24,465 nt of DNA, taken from positions 1 through 24,465 of IMG/VR virus record IMGVR_UViG_3300044302_000993; one strand, 5' to 3'. Under the pieces are notes generated by a model. That model made no database searches, was not told where the DNA came from, and saw only the letters and a list, made by a program, of their open reading frames with translations. The stretch's first letter is position 1. Each line of letters opens with the position of its first letter. Shown piece after piece: positions 7,935-17,700 of this stretch. This DNA comes from a virus. Taxonomy: Duplodnaviria > Caudoviricetes. Position numbers and translations under genes: made by a program.

Positions 7935-9059
7935 TTACGCTACTGCTTGAATCTTACAATGGTATGAAGGAGGTCCGAATTCGAATCCCATCTCCATGTA
8001 TATTGCTTTACCAATTCTTGCGTTGGCATCTTGGTCTAGGTCTCTTACAAACACAGTACCAAATCCTGGGATGTTGGTAAATACTGGTTGTATATAAGCC
8101 AAGTCTAAGATGAAAGCAGTTCCTGTTGGCATGATGTCAGGGTCAATAACCATTAGTCCTATTGCACCAAATGGAGTGACTACTGTATCAATATCAACAC
8201 CTGCAACATTTCTATCTCTAGGAATGATTGCACCTGCTATATCAACTGTACCTTTAACAAGTTCATTGTTAAGGTCTAGTAATTGTTGTGGACTAACGCA
8301 TAGTACAGGTTGTTTCATTGGAGCATGGTTGTCATACATTCTCTTTAACGCACCTGATATAGTTGCGAAAGAGATGACTTGAGCTGAACCAGTTCCGTCA
8401 CCTGAAGCGTCATTGTAGTAGCAGTTCCCACCTAATGGGTTTACTGCTGCAGAGTTGCTAGCGTTCTTGTTTAATGTAATCCATACATCAATACCGTACA
8501 TTTCTCTAGTTCCTGACCCAGGTGTTGTGTTAGCACCATCTGAGAAAGAACCATTGAATGCAAACCACTCAACTTCTCTTGCTACTTTTTCCATAGCTTT
8601 TTCAAGCTGTAAAGCAAATTCATCGTTTACTGGATTACCACCGAATAATCCTAATTTATCGCCTGCAGTTGTTGTACCATCTCCATCGGAGACATTTACA
8701 ATGTCTGCTGACAAGTCAAAAGGATTTTGGTTTCCTGTGGATGCTAAAGCTGTATAAGTCATCTGAACACCTTTATGGAAGATTTGAGTTACATAAGTGT
8801 ATGCAGCTCTGTCTCTACCAAGATATTCTGTAGGTGTAGAACCTTCTTGACCTTTAGTAGGTTCAGAAGAAATGGTTGCATTATCTTCTACTTGGACTTG
8901 CCAATATGTAGAGTTTAATGTCTTACCGCCATTCAATCCGCCAACTGCAGATAGTAAAGGAGTTCTTTGACCACCAACTTTAAACAATTCACCAGTAAAG
9001 TTATTAATATCTTGTGCATATATTGGGGTACTTGCGTTTAACCCACTTATTTCTGCCAT
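7935..9059 (-). CDS. Major capsid protein, HK97 fold, SU10/DUF5309-like (374 aa)
   Basis: Motifs RTPLLSAVG, TQIFHKGVQMT, EFALQLEKAMEKVAREVE, REMYGI, DTVVTPFG; follows the scaffold, has a GAAAGG RBS and is followed by a terminator. Confidence 0.85.
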   Translation of the reverse strand: MAEISGLNASTPIYAQDINNFTGELFKVGGQRTPLLSAVGGLNGGKTLNSTYWQVQVEDNATISSEPTKGQEGSTPTEYLGRDRAAYTYVTQIFHKGVQMTYTALASTGNQNPFDLSADIVNVSDGDGTTTAGDKLGLFGGNPVNDEFALQLEKAMEKVAREVEWFAFNGSFSDGANTTPGSGTREMYGIDVWITLNKNASNSAAVNPLGGNCYYNDASGDGTGSAQVISFATISGALKRMYDNHAPMKQPVLCVSPQQLLDLNNELVKGTVDIAGAIIPRDRNVAGVDIDTVVTPFGAIGLMVIDPDIMPTGTAFILDLAYIQPVFTNIPGFGTVFVRDLDQDANARIGKAIYMEMGFEFGPPSYHCKIQAVA

Positions 9060-9069
9060 ATTAATCTAA

Positions 9070-9092
9070 CCTTTCCGATATATTGCTATATC
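9070..9092 (-). promoter_or_regulatory. GNRA-tetraloop hairpin next to the capsid ribosome-binding site
   Basis: RNA GAUAUA-GCAA-UAUAUC (9092..9077), then G and GAAAGG (9075..9070), 10 nt before the capsid ATG. Confidence 0.45.
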
Positions 9093-9574
9093 TATTGTTT
9101 ATTTTGTTTTTTAATTTCGTCCATCATCGCAAGTTTTGCTCCGATGGTATTCTTAACAGAAGTTTCAGGGTTTCTTATATAGTTAACTACCTCCTGCATA
9201 GCTTCTACAGGCTCATTATCTATCCCTAATTTATTAAGTTGCTCTACACGTGATTGAGCTTCAACTACGTTTGTAGCAATGGTTTCATCAGTTGCAGGTT
9301 CAGCATTAATAGCATCTCCTTCACCAAATTCTTTAGCAACAAATTCTTTGATGTCTTCGACATTTGCCTTGCCATCATATAATTTTGTTACTGCTTTACC
9401 AATACCTTTATCAGGTTCAAGACCCATAGAAGTTAGCGCAGAATTCATAATTCCTTGCTTGTATTCTTTATTCTCAGCTTTGATTTTTTTATATTCATCT
9501 CTGAGTTGTTGAATACTACCTTCTTCAGGACTCTCCTGAGTATCTTCAACTTGTTGTTCTTTTGGTTCTTCCAT
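9092..9574 (-). CDS. Capsid scaffolding protein (160 aa; probable start 9574 rather than 9598)
   Basis: Acidic N-terminus, coiled coil (IQQLRDEYKKIKAENKEYK), directly upstream of the capsid gene; GGAG lies 6 nt before the ATG at 9574. Confidence 0.75.
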   Translation of the reverse strand: MEEPKEQQVEDTQESPEEGSIQQLRDEYKKIKAENKEYKQGIMNSALTSMGLEPDKGIGKAVTKLYDGKANVEDIKEFVAKEFGEGDAINAEPATDETIATNVVEAQSRVEQLNKLGIDNEPVEAMQEVVNYIRNPETSVKNTIGAKLAMMDEIKKQNKQ

Positions 9575-9733
9575 TATTTTCTCCGTTTTCTCTAGCATAT
9601 AAAAAATCCCATAACAATAATCGCTAGGTAATTAAAGGGATTGTCCACAAGGGTTTACAAATGACAAAGAGAATACCTTGGAGATTCTCTCGAATACGAC
9701 CCTATATTTAGCGTGCCGACCTCGTCAGGCACT
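9575..9733 (-). ncRNA. Candidate structured cis-regulatory leader RNA of the scaffold-capsid transcript
   Basis: Largest intergenic gap in the window. Four consecutive stems (GUGCC/GGCAC + GAC/GUC; AGAGAAU/AUUCUCU; UUGUC/GACAA; AAUCCC/GGGAUU) plus loop complementarities CAAGG/CCUUG and CUAGCG/UGCUAG. Not matched to a known family. Confidence 0.55.
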
Positions 9734-9739
9734 ATATGT

Positions 9740-9766
9740 AGTATAGCAGGTTTATCCTTCTGTCAA
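9740..9766 (-). promoter_or_regulatory. Sigma70/SigA-type promoter for the scaffold-capsid genes
   Basis: TTGACA (9766..9761), 15-nt spacer ending TGC, then TATACT (9745..9740). The spacer is short but the extended -10 is strong; predicted start ~9733 coincides with the first hairpin. Confidence 0.65.
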
Positions 9767-11002
9767 GCCTTCTACAGAACCAGTTTGCCCACGTCTAGCG
9801 CCTGTTGCAACGGATGAACCTGAGACATTTTGAGCTATTATTGCAGATTGTTCTCTCTTAGCTGCAGGGTCTTGAAATACATCAGACTGTAAAACATCTT
9901 CAAGTCCTACTTGACGTGTTCTATTCTGCTGTCTACTAAGTCTATTTAATGTAGCTATAGAATCAGCACTTCTAGCAAACAATCTAGTTGCACCTTCTTC
10001 AGTTATACCTGCTTGTAATAATCTCTGTGCTTGATTTGTATTTAAATCTAAGTTACGTAATGCTGCTTCAGCACCTAACTCTGCTATATCTATTTGATTG
10101 TTTAATATACCTACAGATACATCAGGGTCAAGTGCTGCTGCAAACACAGCATTATCTCCTAAGCTAATATTAAAGTTAGCTTCGTAGTATGCTTTTATTT
10201 CAGCTGCTTTAGGATTATCTACAAACGCTTCTCTAGTAGCGGTTACTCTACTCCTAAATTCAGGAACGCTTACATCTCCTGCTATAAGTTGAGATACTTT
10301 CCCTAAACCATCAAATATAGTTGGATTCAAACCATTCTCCAACAAAACTCTAAAATATCCTTCTCTTGTTTGTTCGTATTGTGTTTCGTTCATTCTTAAT
10401 GAACCATCATCTCTTTTAATACCAGGATAGTAAGTAGTATATTCTGCTGAGTTACGAACAGCAGCTATTGAAAAATCACCACTACCTGTAGATATATAAG
10501 TATCTGTGTATATCTGTAACAAATCACCTTTTCCTTTAAACCAAGGAACTAAGTCTTCAATTTGTTTTGGTGTTGCTACTTCTTCAGGTATATCAGGAAC
10601 CTCTGTAGGTTTACCGAAATTATCAAACATGCTTCCTAATTTATCTAAGAAGTCATCTTTGCTAGTATCTTCACCACCTCCAAGTAATTCCCAACTTGAA
10701 CCTGTCCATTGATATTGAAGACCATTAATAGTTTTGATATCTCCTACAGCAGGACCAGTTACTTCTTCTTCATCATCATCAACAGGAGGAGGAGTTTCTT
10801 CAGGAGGAGCAGAATCAGTACCTTTAACAAGTCCTGTTGTATTAGTAATAGCACCAAACTTTTCTGATTGTGCTTGTGCTTCTGCAATAGACCTCGAACC
10901 TTGTATCTTATCTTGAGCTGCTGCTCTAGTTATAGGTCCAATAATTCCATCAGCTGTAACACCTAATTCTCTTTGTAATGCTTTAATTTCTTCTGTTGTC
11001 AT
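9752..11002 (-). CDS. Putative internal virion protein with N-terminal peptidoglycan-binding domain (416 aa)
   Basis: EIKALQRELGVTADGIIGPITRAA matches the PGBD LQ-x-x-L...DG-x-x-G-x-x-T signature; Pro/acidic linker; helical C-terminal region. Confidence 0.6.
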   Translation of the reverse strand: MTTEEIKALQRELGVTADGIIGPITRAAAQDKIQGSRSIAEAQAQSEKFGAITNTTGLVKGTDSAPPEETPPPVDDDEEEVTGPAVGDIKTINGLQYQWTGSSWELLGGGEDTSKDDFLDKLGSMFDNFGKPTEVPDIPEEVATPKQIEDLVPWFKGKGDLLQIYTDTYISTGSGDFSIAAVRNSAEYTTYYPGIKRDDGSLRMNETQYEQTREGYFRVLLENGLNPTIFDGLGKVSQLIAGDVSVPEFRSRVTATREAFVDNPKAAEIKAYYEANFNISLGDNAVFAAALDPDVSVGILNNQIDIAELGAEAALRNLDLNTNQAQRLLQAGITEEGATRLFARSADSIATLNRLSRQQNRTRQVGLEDVLQSDVFQDPAAKREQSAIIAQNVSGSSVATGARRGQTGSVEGLTEG

Positions 11003-12231
11003 TAATATACTCCAGTTACTGCGCCACCTGCAATAACATTTTGAATACCACTATTCTTTAATGTGCTTGCCATTTTTGCTAATGCACCTTCATCTTGTAC
11101 ATTTAAGAAGTGCGCTCTTATCATATCAGGAATTTTTGCTGAATCATTTTCTTGTAGTATGTTCATAACTAAATCAACATCTCTACCATCTTCATCAAAG
11201 GTTCCTTCTCTTCCAATGACAGGTCTTAAACCTGCAAGAGTTGTAGAATAATTACTTCCTTTAAATCTATCAGCTACAAATCCATCCCATATACCTTGCG
11301 CTCTTGCTTGAATTTCTTCTGCTCCACCTTCTACAGCTAAAGCATTTACTAAGAAATCTTTATCCTGTGCTGTAAATCCCATAGATAAAGTATTACCAAG
11401 AGTGCTATTTAAAATACCATTTACTTGATTAAGTAATGCTTTACTTTTACCTACGCTGTAATTATTATCTGCAATGTAACCTTGTAACTCAGGGTCTCTA
11501 TAACCAGGTATCTCAGAAAATACAGCTAACTTAAATTGATTTCTTAATTGGTTTGCATCAAATTTACCTGTTAATCTCATTTCATAAAACTTTTGTATTA
11601 AGTTTTCATCCATATCAAACATGGCATATTTAGCTACAAGACCTGAAATTTCTAATTTAGCTTTATCTTCTAATACTCTTAATGATGCGTTAGAATCACT
11701 ATCTGAACCTAGCGCCCAAGCTGCTGTAAATGCTCTTTGGTCTGCTGTTAATGATTTTAAACTTGGAGCAAACTGTTCGTATTCTGCATTACCATAGTTT
11801 GTACCACTATATATATTGTCTAAATAAGCTAACAAATAAGCATACTGTCCACCTACGTCTTCTCCAAATGAATTAACTGCACCTTCAGCTTCTTGTGTTA
11901 ATAAGAAAGGATTAATTTTAGATTCTAATAATATATCATCTATTAATAATTCAAGAGGATTACCTCTAAGAGTTCCATCTATTTCTTCTATGCTTCCTAA
12001 ATTAGTAGCAAAGTCATCTATTTCGTCTATGTTAACTCTTGGTACACCTGCCGCAGGGTCATAGATTGTATCAGATGTATAGTAATAATAAGTTGTAGGA
12101 CCTGTAATTCCAAATACTTCAGGATTAATTTCCCATATGTAATATACGACCCCATCTTTTGTTGCAACGGAATCAGGTACAACAGTATTGTTTACTTGTA
12201 AATCAGTTACTTCTTCATTATCGGTTGTCAT
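11002..12231 (-). CDS. Hypothetical protein, putative internal virion protein (409 aa)
   Basis: Long acidic ORF with G-rich RBS, overlapping both neighbours; function inferred from position only. Confidence 0.5.
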   Translation of the reverse strand: MTTDNEEVTDLQVNNTVVPDSVATKDGVVYYIWEINPEVFGITGPTTYYYYTSDTIYDPAAGVPRVNIDEIDDFATNLGSIEEIDGTLRGNPLELLIDDILLESKINPFLLTQEAEGAVNSFGEDVGGQYAYLLAYLDNIYSGTNYGNAEYEQFAPSLKSLTADQRAFTAAWALGSDSDSNASLRVLEDKAKLEISGLVAKYAMFDMDENLIQKFYEMRLTGKFDANQLRNQFKLAVFSEIPGYRDPELQGYIADNNYSVGKSKALLNQVNGILNSTLGNTLSMGFTAQDKDFLVNALAVEGGAEEIQARAQGIWDGFVADRFKGSNYSTTLAGLRPVIGREGTFDEDGRDVDLVMNILQENDSAKIPDMIRAHFLNVQDEGALAKMASTLKNSGIQNVIAGGAVTGVY

Positions 12232-13102
12232 CTACCCCCCTACTCATACTGTCAGGTCTTAAAGCGTCAGCTTTTTTAATACCATGATGATATAAATATT
12301 CTAGTATTTCTCTTTGTATTATTCTTCTACCTTGAGCATCATAAAATCTTCCTGCACCTCTAACTGGGTCTTGCGTTGGTCTTTTCATATCTGTCTCAAA
12401 CCTTGCATCTTGATAGCTGCCTGCTTCTTTAGGAACTTGTGATTCAAATTCTCTTTGATTAGATTCATTAAAATAAAATCTTGCATCTTCTTTAAATTCA
12501 GGTGGTGGAGTAGTGTCAACATCAGAGTCTAATTTATCTTGGTGATAAAGTATTTGTTCATCTACATCATTTTTATGTGGTATAGCGGTAGGGTCAGTAG
12601 TTACTCTGCCTTCAAACTTTTCAATAGTTAACCAGTATAAATCTTCTAAACCTTCTTCATATGACATATTTTCATTTTGCTTTTGCCAAAATAAATTCTT
12701 AACCATAACAGCAGCTTCTTCTATATCTAAAGATTTTAGAAAGTCACTTACATAACCTCTTTGTTCTTTAGTAAATTGTCTGTTATCTTTAGTGCCTTCC
12801 CTGTTATGACTCATCTGCATTTCTTGTTCTCTTGTTGTGCCAGGTGGTAAATCATATCCTACATCTACCATTGTCTTGTATATAGCAGGACCCATAGAAC
12901 TTAAATTAACTTGTACTAAACCATACGATTCTGATTCAGGGTCTTTAGTATCTTGAACAAATATTTGTTGTTCTCCATTTACTGTTCCTCTTGATTCATA
13001 TCCAAGTATAGGAACTAATGTAGTTGCTTGTTCTTTACTAAAACCATTAGCTAATAAAGCGTTATACATTCTTCTTACTTTAAGTAATTCTTCTCTTGTC
13101 AT
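12218..13102 (-). CDS. Virion-associated lysozyme/lytic transglycosylase-like protein (294 aa)
   Basis: N-terminal YNALLANGFSKEQA...ILGYES (putative catalytic Glu) followed by SYGLVQVN, matching the GL-x-Q-[IV]-N motif of the lysozyme superfamily. Confidence 0.65.
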   Translation of the reverse strand: MTREELLKVRRMYNALLANGFSKEQATTLVPILGYESRGTVNGEQQIFVQDTKDPESESYGLVQVNLSSMGPAIYKTMVDVGYDLPPGTTREQEMQMSHNREGTKDNRQFTKEQRGYVSDFLKSLDIEEAAVMVKNLFWQKQNENMSYEEGLEDLYWLTIEKFEGRVTTDPTAIPHKNDVDEQILYHQDKLDSDVDTTPPPEFKEDARFYFNESNQREFESQVPKEAGSYQDARFETDMKRPTQDPVRGAGRFYDAQGRRIIQREILEYLYHHGIKKADALRPDSMSRGVDDNR

Positions 13103-14715
13103 GTTGATATACCTCTATCTAAACTAGCACCGCCTGTAATAGACTGTCTTGCATTTCTTGTAGACTTATAAAAGTTTTGACTAGCATTATTAATAGCAGC
13201 TCTTTTTTCATCTAATTCCATTTCAGGTTGTAATAATCTTTCAACTGCCATTTGTAATCTGTTATTAAATAAAGAAGTTCTATATGCATTTTGAGGGTCT
13301 TCACCCATTGGACCTAACTCACCAACAACTTCGGATATTTCATATTGAAATACTTCAGGATGTAATGCTTTAAGTTGTTCGTCATTTAAGTTTGGATTAG
13401 ATTCTCTAAGTTCTCTTATTTGTTGAGCTTTATCTATACCTGCAAAAGCAGCAGCTTTACTTGCTGCAACAGATTCTTTTTCTTTTATCTTTGAATCAAG
13501 ACTAACTTGTTTCATTAAACTATTTACAAGTTGTGTAGCATTTCTAATATTGTCATACTTAATTCCATATCCACCATGGTTTTGTTGTACCACATTTAAT
13601 ATTTGATATGTTGCTGATTCAGTATCAAAAGTAGGAGCTTCAATACTTAAGTCTGCTATTCTTTGTTGATTAATTTCTTCTACATCAACATCTAATTCAT
13701 TAATAAAGAAATCTCTAATTGACGCAGCTCTTTCTCCAGTAAAACCATATAAAGTAGCGTCTCTTCCTGACTCTATATTATAAAAATCCATTAAAGCACC
13801 TGCTATTTCAGGAACGTTAGGTACACGTCCGTCTTGATTATGTACCATCATTGCAGCTTCTACTGCTGTTTTTGTAGCTGTATCCCATCTTCCTGGTGTA
13901 AATTCAGTAGTTAAATATTCTGCAGCAACTAATTTTCTTTGTACTGTTTCTATAAATTTACCTCCTGATATATAATCACCAAATAAACTATCTGACATAT
14001 CAGGTAAATAAACAGGGTATTGTCCATATTTATCTTTTTCAAATTCTCCCCCAACTTGTCTTTCTTTATAACCTAAAGGATAACCTGGAGAATTAATCCC
14101 TAAAAATTGTACGTTAATTCCTAAGTCTAATAATCTAGCTATACCATCTTCGTAATTTAAAGGTTCAACATTTTGTTTCAGTTCTAATGGAGGTGTTGTC
14201 GGAGTAACACCATAATATGTTTCAGCAAGATTTGACGCAGGCATAGATACACTTGCTATTTCGTCAGGAGTAAGTGGTTTTATTGGTGGTGAACCTAAAA
14301 CAGGGCTTGGAGTCATACCAGGTCCTGCGATAGCTCCACCTCCTACAAAGATATCTTCAGGTTCTACTGGAGCTTCTCCATCATGATATACTTCTTCTAA
14401 ATCTTTATCTGTATCTACAGTAAAGGAAGTTGAAGCTCTTTCAATAGCTTCTTCAAATGTAAGATTATCAATCCCATAATAAGAAGGAGTAGCATCAGAT
14501 GCCTCTGATAGATTATCTCTGATTCTATCTACTAAGGCTTTAGGAGCTTTGCCATCACCTAATGTACCTTTAGGTATATTTATTGTTCCATCTTGTACGT
14601 GTTTATTAAATGTTTGAACAATTAAATTATCAGACTTTCCTTCTAAATTTTTTGTATACCATTCTCCTAATCCGTGAGAAACATATAATTCTTTTATAAA
14701 ATCTGTACTTGCCAT
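13099..14715 (-). CDS. Putative internal virion protein with central peptidoglycan-binding-like motif (538 aa)
   Basis: IETVQRKLVAAEYL...PGRWDTATKTAVEAAM resembles the PGBD helical signature; Pro-rich linker; coiled-coil C-terminus; AAGG RBS. Confidence 0.5.
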   Translation of the reverse strand: MASTDFIKELYVSHGLGEWYTKNLEGKSDNLIVQTFNKHVQDGTINIPKGTLGDGKAPKALVDRIRDNLSEASDATPSYYGIDNLTFEEAIERASTSFTVDTDKDLEEVYHDGEAPVEPEDIFVGGGAIAGPGMTPSPVLGSPPIKPLTPDEIASVSMPASNLAETYYGVTPTTPPLELKQNVEPLNYEDGIARLLDLGINVQFLGINSPGYPLGYKERQVGGEFEKDKYGQYPVYLPDMSDSLFGDYISGGKFIETVQRKLVAAEYLTTEFTPGRWDTATKTAVEAAMMVHNQDGRVPNVPEIAGALMDFYNIESGRDATLYGFTGERAASIRDFFINELDVDVEEINQQRIADLSIEAPTFDTESATYQILNVVQQNHGGYGIKYDNIRNATQLVNSLMKQVSLDSKIKEKESVAASKAAAFAGIDKAQQIRELRESNPNLNDEQLKALHPEVFQYEISEVVGELGPMGEDPQNAYRTSLFNNRLQMAVERLLQPEMELDEKRAAINNASQNFYKSTRNARQSITGGASLDRGIST

Positions 14716-14723
14716 ATTAATCC

Positions 14724-17700
14724 TTAAGGTAAATTACTTCCTCCTAATAATAGCTTACTTTGGTCCTCTTGTAACTGTGGTCTGAAAACATCTTCCCATA
14801 TATAAATCCATTGTGGATATTGAGTATATAGTTCTTTTGCTTTATTTTCTAGTGCTTGTCTTTGTGTATATGAAAAAAAGTTTGTTTCTACTTTAGACCT
14901 TGTACCAGTTTTACTTTCTAAACTGCTTCTCATTGCATCTAAAGATGCTAAATAAATATTTGTTGTTTCTACAAATTCACGATGTTCTTTGTAAATATTA
15001 GGGTCGAAAATCATTTTTCTTAATTGTTTTTCTAACGATTCATAATCTGTAGGACTAGCTGTTCTAGGTTTTACACCATATCCTGGAAAGATTTCTTCTA
15101 AAGATTTGTTAGCTCTAAATATCATTTCATCTCTAAGTTTTGAACTAGCTATATATTGTCTTGTATTTGAAGGGTCAGATATTGCTCTTCTAAAATTTTC
15201 CATTGCAAACTTACCTGCAACTACGTTATATAATGCTGCCCATTCATCTATACCTAAATCATATCTTGCTGTATAACCTGATATATTATCATCATCAAAT
15301 GATTCAATAAATGCTTTATAAGAAAACTCATCTATTGGAATATCAGGACTTAAATAATATGCAACGTCTGTATATTTTTCATATGCATACTGCATAGTTT
15401 TATTTGTCCTGGAATAATCAATATTATCTATAGTGTAAGGAGTTCTTATTATTTCTTTTGATTTAGATATTAATAATGCAGTTGGGTCATAGCCAAACAT
15501 GTCTCCAAATTGTTGAGTTGTTTTAACATTATCTCCATTATTTTCTGCATACATTCTATAATATTGAGACGCTAATACATTAAAAGCAAAGTATCTTCCA
15601 TCAGGGTCTAGTCCTCGTTCTCTCATCAAAGCAGGATTCATATACATTTCTCCTCCAGGAGATACAGCAGCTTCAAATCTAAAACTACCACCTGTTAAAG
15701 ATACACCTTGTGTTACACCTCTAAGAACAGTAAATATTGTTGCTTGTCTTTTAATAATTTTTAACGCTTCTAACATATCATTTTCATCATTAATAACTAT
15801 TTGTCCTGATAATATCTTTGCTTTAAGAATATCTTTAGCTGCATTAGTATATTGTCTTCTCCATGATTCAGGACCTGCATCAAAAGCACCTATTACTTTT
15901 TTTAACCATGAAGGTATAAAAGAATCTAAAACAGTTTCAGGTTCGCCATATGGAAATATAGTCTGATATATAGCATCTTTTTCTTTATCATTAGGTAATA
16001 AATATTTAGCAGGTATTTGTATTGCAGGACCAACACCTGGTATAATACCTCCTGCAACAATGTTTGCAGAAGATGTAAAACCTACAGTTCTCATTCTTAC
16101 ATCAGCACCTGTTTTTGGAAATCCTGATTCCATAAGTCCTCTTAAGTTTTCATCTGAACCTTGTAAAACACTATCTATATTATCTGCTGAAGCTGAACCA
16201 GGTACGTTAGATATTTTTTGAAACATATTATTAAATACTGTATCTACTACAGGGATTGTATATATCTCTTCTCCTGTTAATGGGTCAGTATATATAAAGG
16301 CTTGTGAATCATCAGAGCTGTCACCACCAAATGCATCAAAGTTTGTAGGGTCGCTTTCTTTCAGACTATCTACAGTTATCTGCATTTTTCTTAATTTTGT
16401 TGGATTTTCTCTAATTAACCTTGTCCATGTGCCTGCAATTTCTTTATGTACTTCAGCGAATGGGAATAGTAACTCCAATGCTTGTGAAAATTCTGAACGT
16501 TTATTCAAATTATAAAGTAATTCTTCTACATCAGTTAAAGCTGCAGCTTTCATAAGCTCATCAAAATCATTAAGATTATTTAAATTATATCCTCCTATTT
16601 GACCTGTTGCTTGTTCAAGTTCTTTAATAACTTTTTTATTAACTTTAGCTTTTCTAGCATTATCAATAATTGATTCTAATGCCCTAGGGTCTAATCTATC
16701 TGCTGCATCTGCTACATGTCTCCAGTAAAATTGTTTAAAAGCAGGAGACCTAGAAAGTTTATTAGTAGGTGCTGACATAAACAAATTAAACATTTTTTCA
16801 ACAAACTCTCTTGAACCTTGTGCTGTTTTTTCTAAAGCAGTTTTATCTAAACGTCTTGATACTTTTACTACTTCAGGACCTAATTCTGCCCTTCTACCTA
16901 ACTCTGCTTTTAATGCTTTGTAATCATTATCAGACATATTTTTTAAATTAATTTGTCTAAATACTTCTTCTCCTGAATCATCAACTCTTTGAAAGAAACT
17001 TACTCTACCTGTAGCTATACCTTCTATTATTTCTTTATTTCCTGAATCTACAATTTCATAATACATTCTTAAAGGTAGTCCTCCATCTTTACTTTTATAA
17101 GAAGCACCTAAAGGTATTTCTATTTTTTTACCATCTTTAAGAATATACTTTCTAAAAGTACCACCTGTTTTGTCAGTTATTCTAGCTGCAACACCTTCTA
17201 AAAATTCTAATGTTCTATCTTTATCAGATACAATTTGTTTTCTCATAGGACCTGATATTAAATCTCCTGATGCTCCCCAATCTTGGTAAACTCTATATAA
17301 ATCTTCTCTAAGATTTTCAGGGTTAACTAAAAAATCTGCTAAGTCATCTAAAGTATTAAAGTTCTTTCCTTTAACACCACCTAATATTTTTGCTATTTCA
17401 ACTGCTATATCATCTTCTGCTAAATGAGTTATTTCAGTTGACCAACCTTGTGCATACCTACCTCTACTTGCACTATCACCTAAAGCTATTTTCTTTCTTA
17501 CAACATCGTAAAATCTATCTATGCTTGTAGATTTTCTCATCATTATTCCTTGTGAACCTCTTGACATAGCAGCGTCATGTAAAAGAGACATTTTAATATT
17601 GCCTCCTAAAACATCTTTACTTGCCTTTTGTCCAAACGCATAAGCAAATAAAGATATAGGACTTGTCCATACATTATCTAAATCTGCTGCATACATACGT

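Noticed and set aside
7935-7990. T7 10A/10B-style frameshift extension of the capsid protein
   Set aside because: No slippery heptamer near the stop codon, and a terminator follows closely.
9575-9598. ORF-track start of the scaffold at 9598
   Set aside because: No RBS upstream and it lies in the predicted pseudoknot strand; ATG 9574 has GGAG at 6 nt.
9721-9728. CUGACGAG resembling the hammerhead ribozyme core CUGANGA
   Set aside because: No stem II followed by GAAA, and no stem III/NUH arrangement nearby; the bases are better explained by the P1 hairpin.
9695-9733. Partial resemblance to pistol ribozyme (ACG-N-UAAAUA after a hairpin) and c-di-GMP-I riboswitch (ACGC...UAUAGGGUC)
   Set aside because: The pistol P2, 6-bp pseudoknot and GCG elements are missing, as are the c-di-GMP-I GGCAAAC 5' element and GNRA-capped P2. 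An Rfam search is needed to exclude them formally.
12235-12240. G6 tract (minus strand) as a phase-variation site
   Set aside because: Short, and better explained as the RBS of the 409-aa gene starting at 12231.
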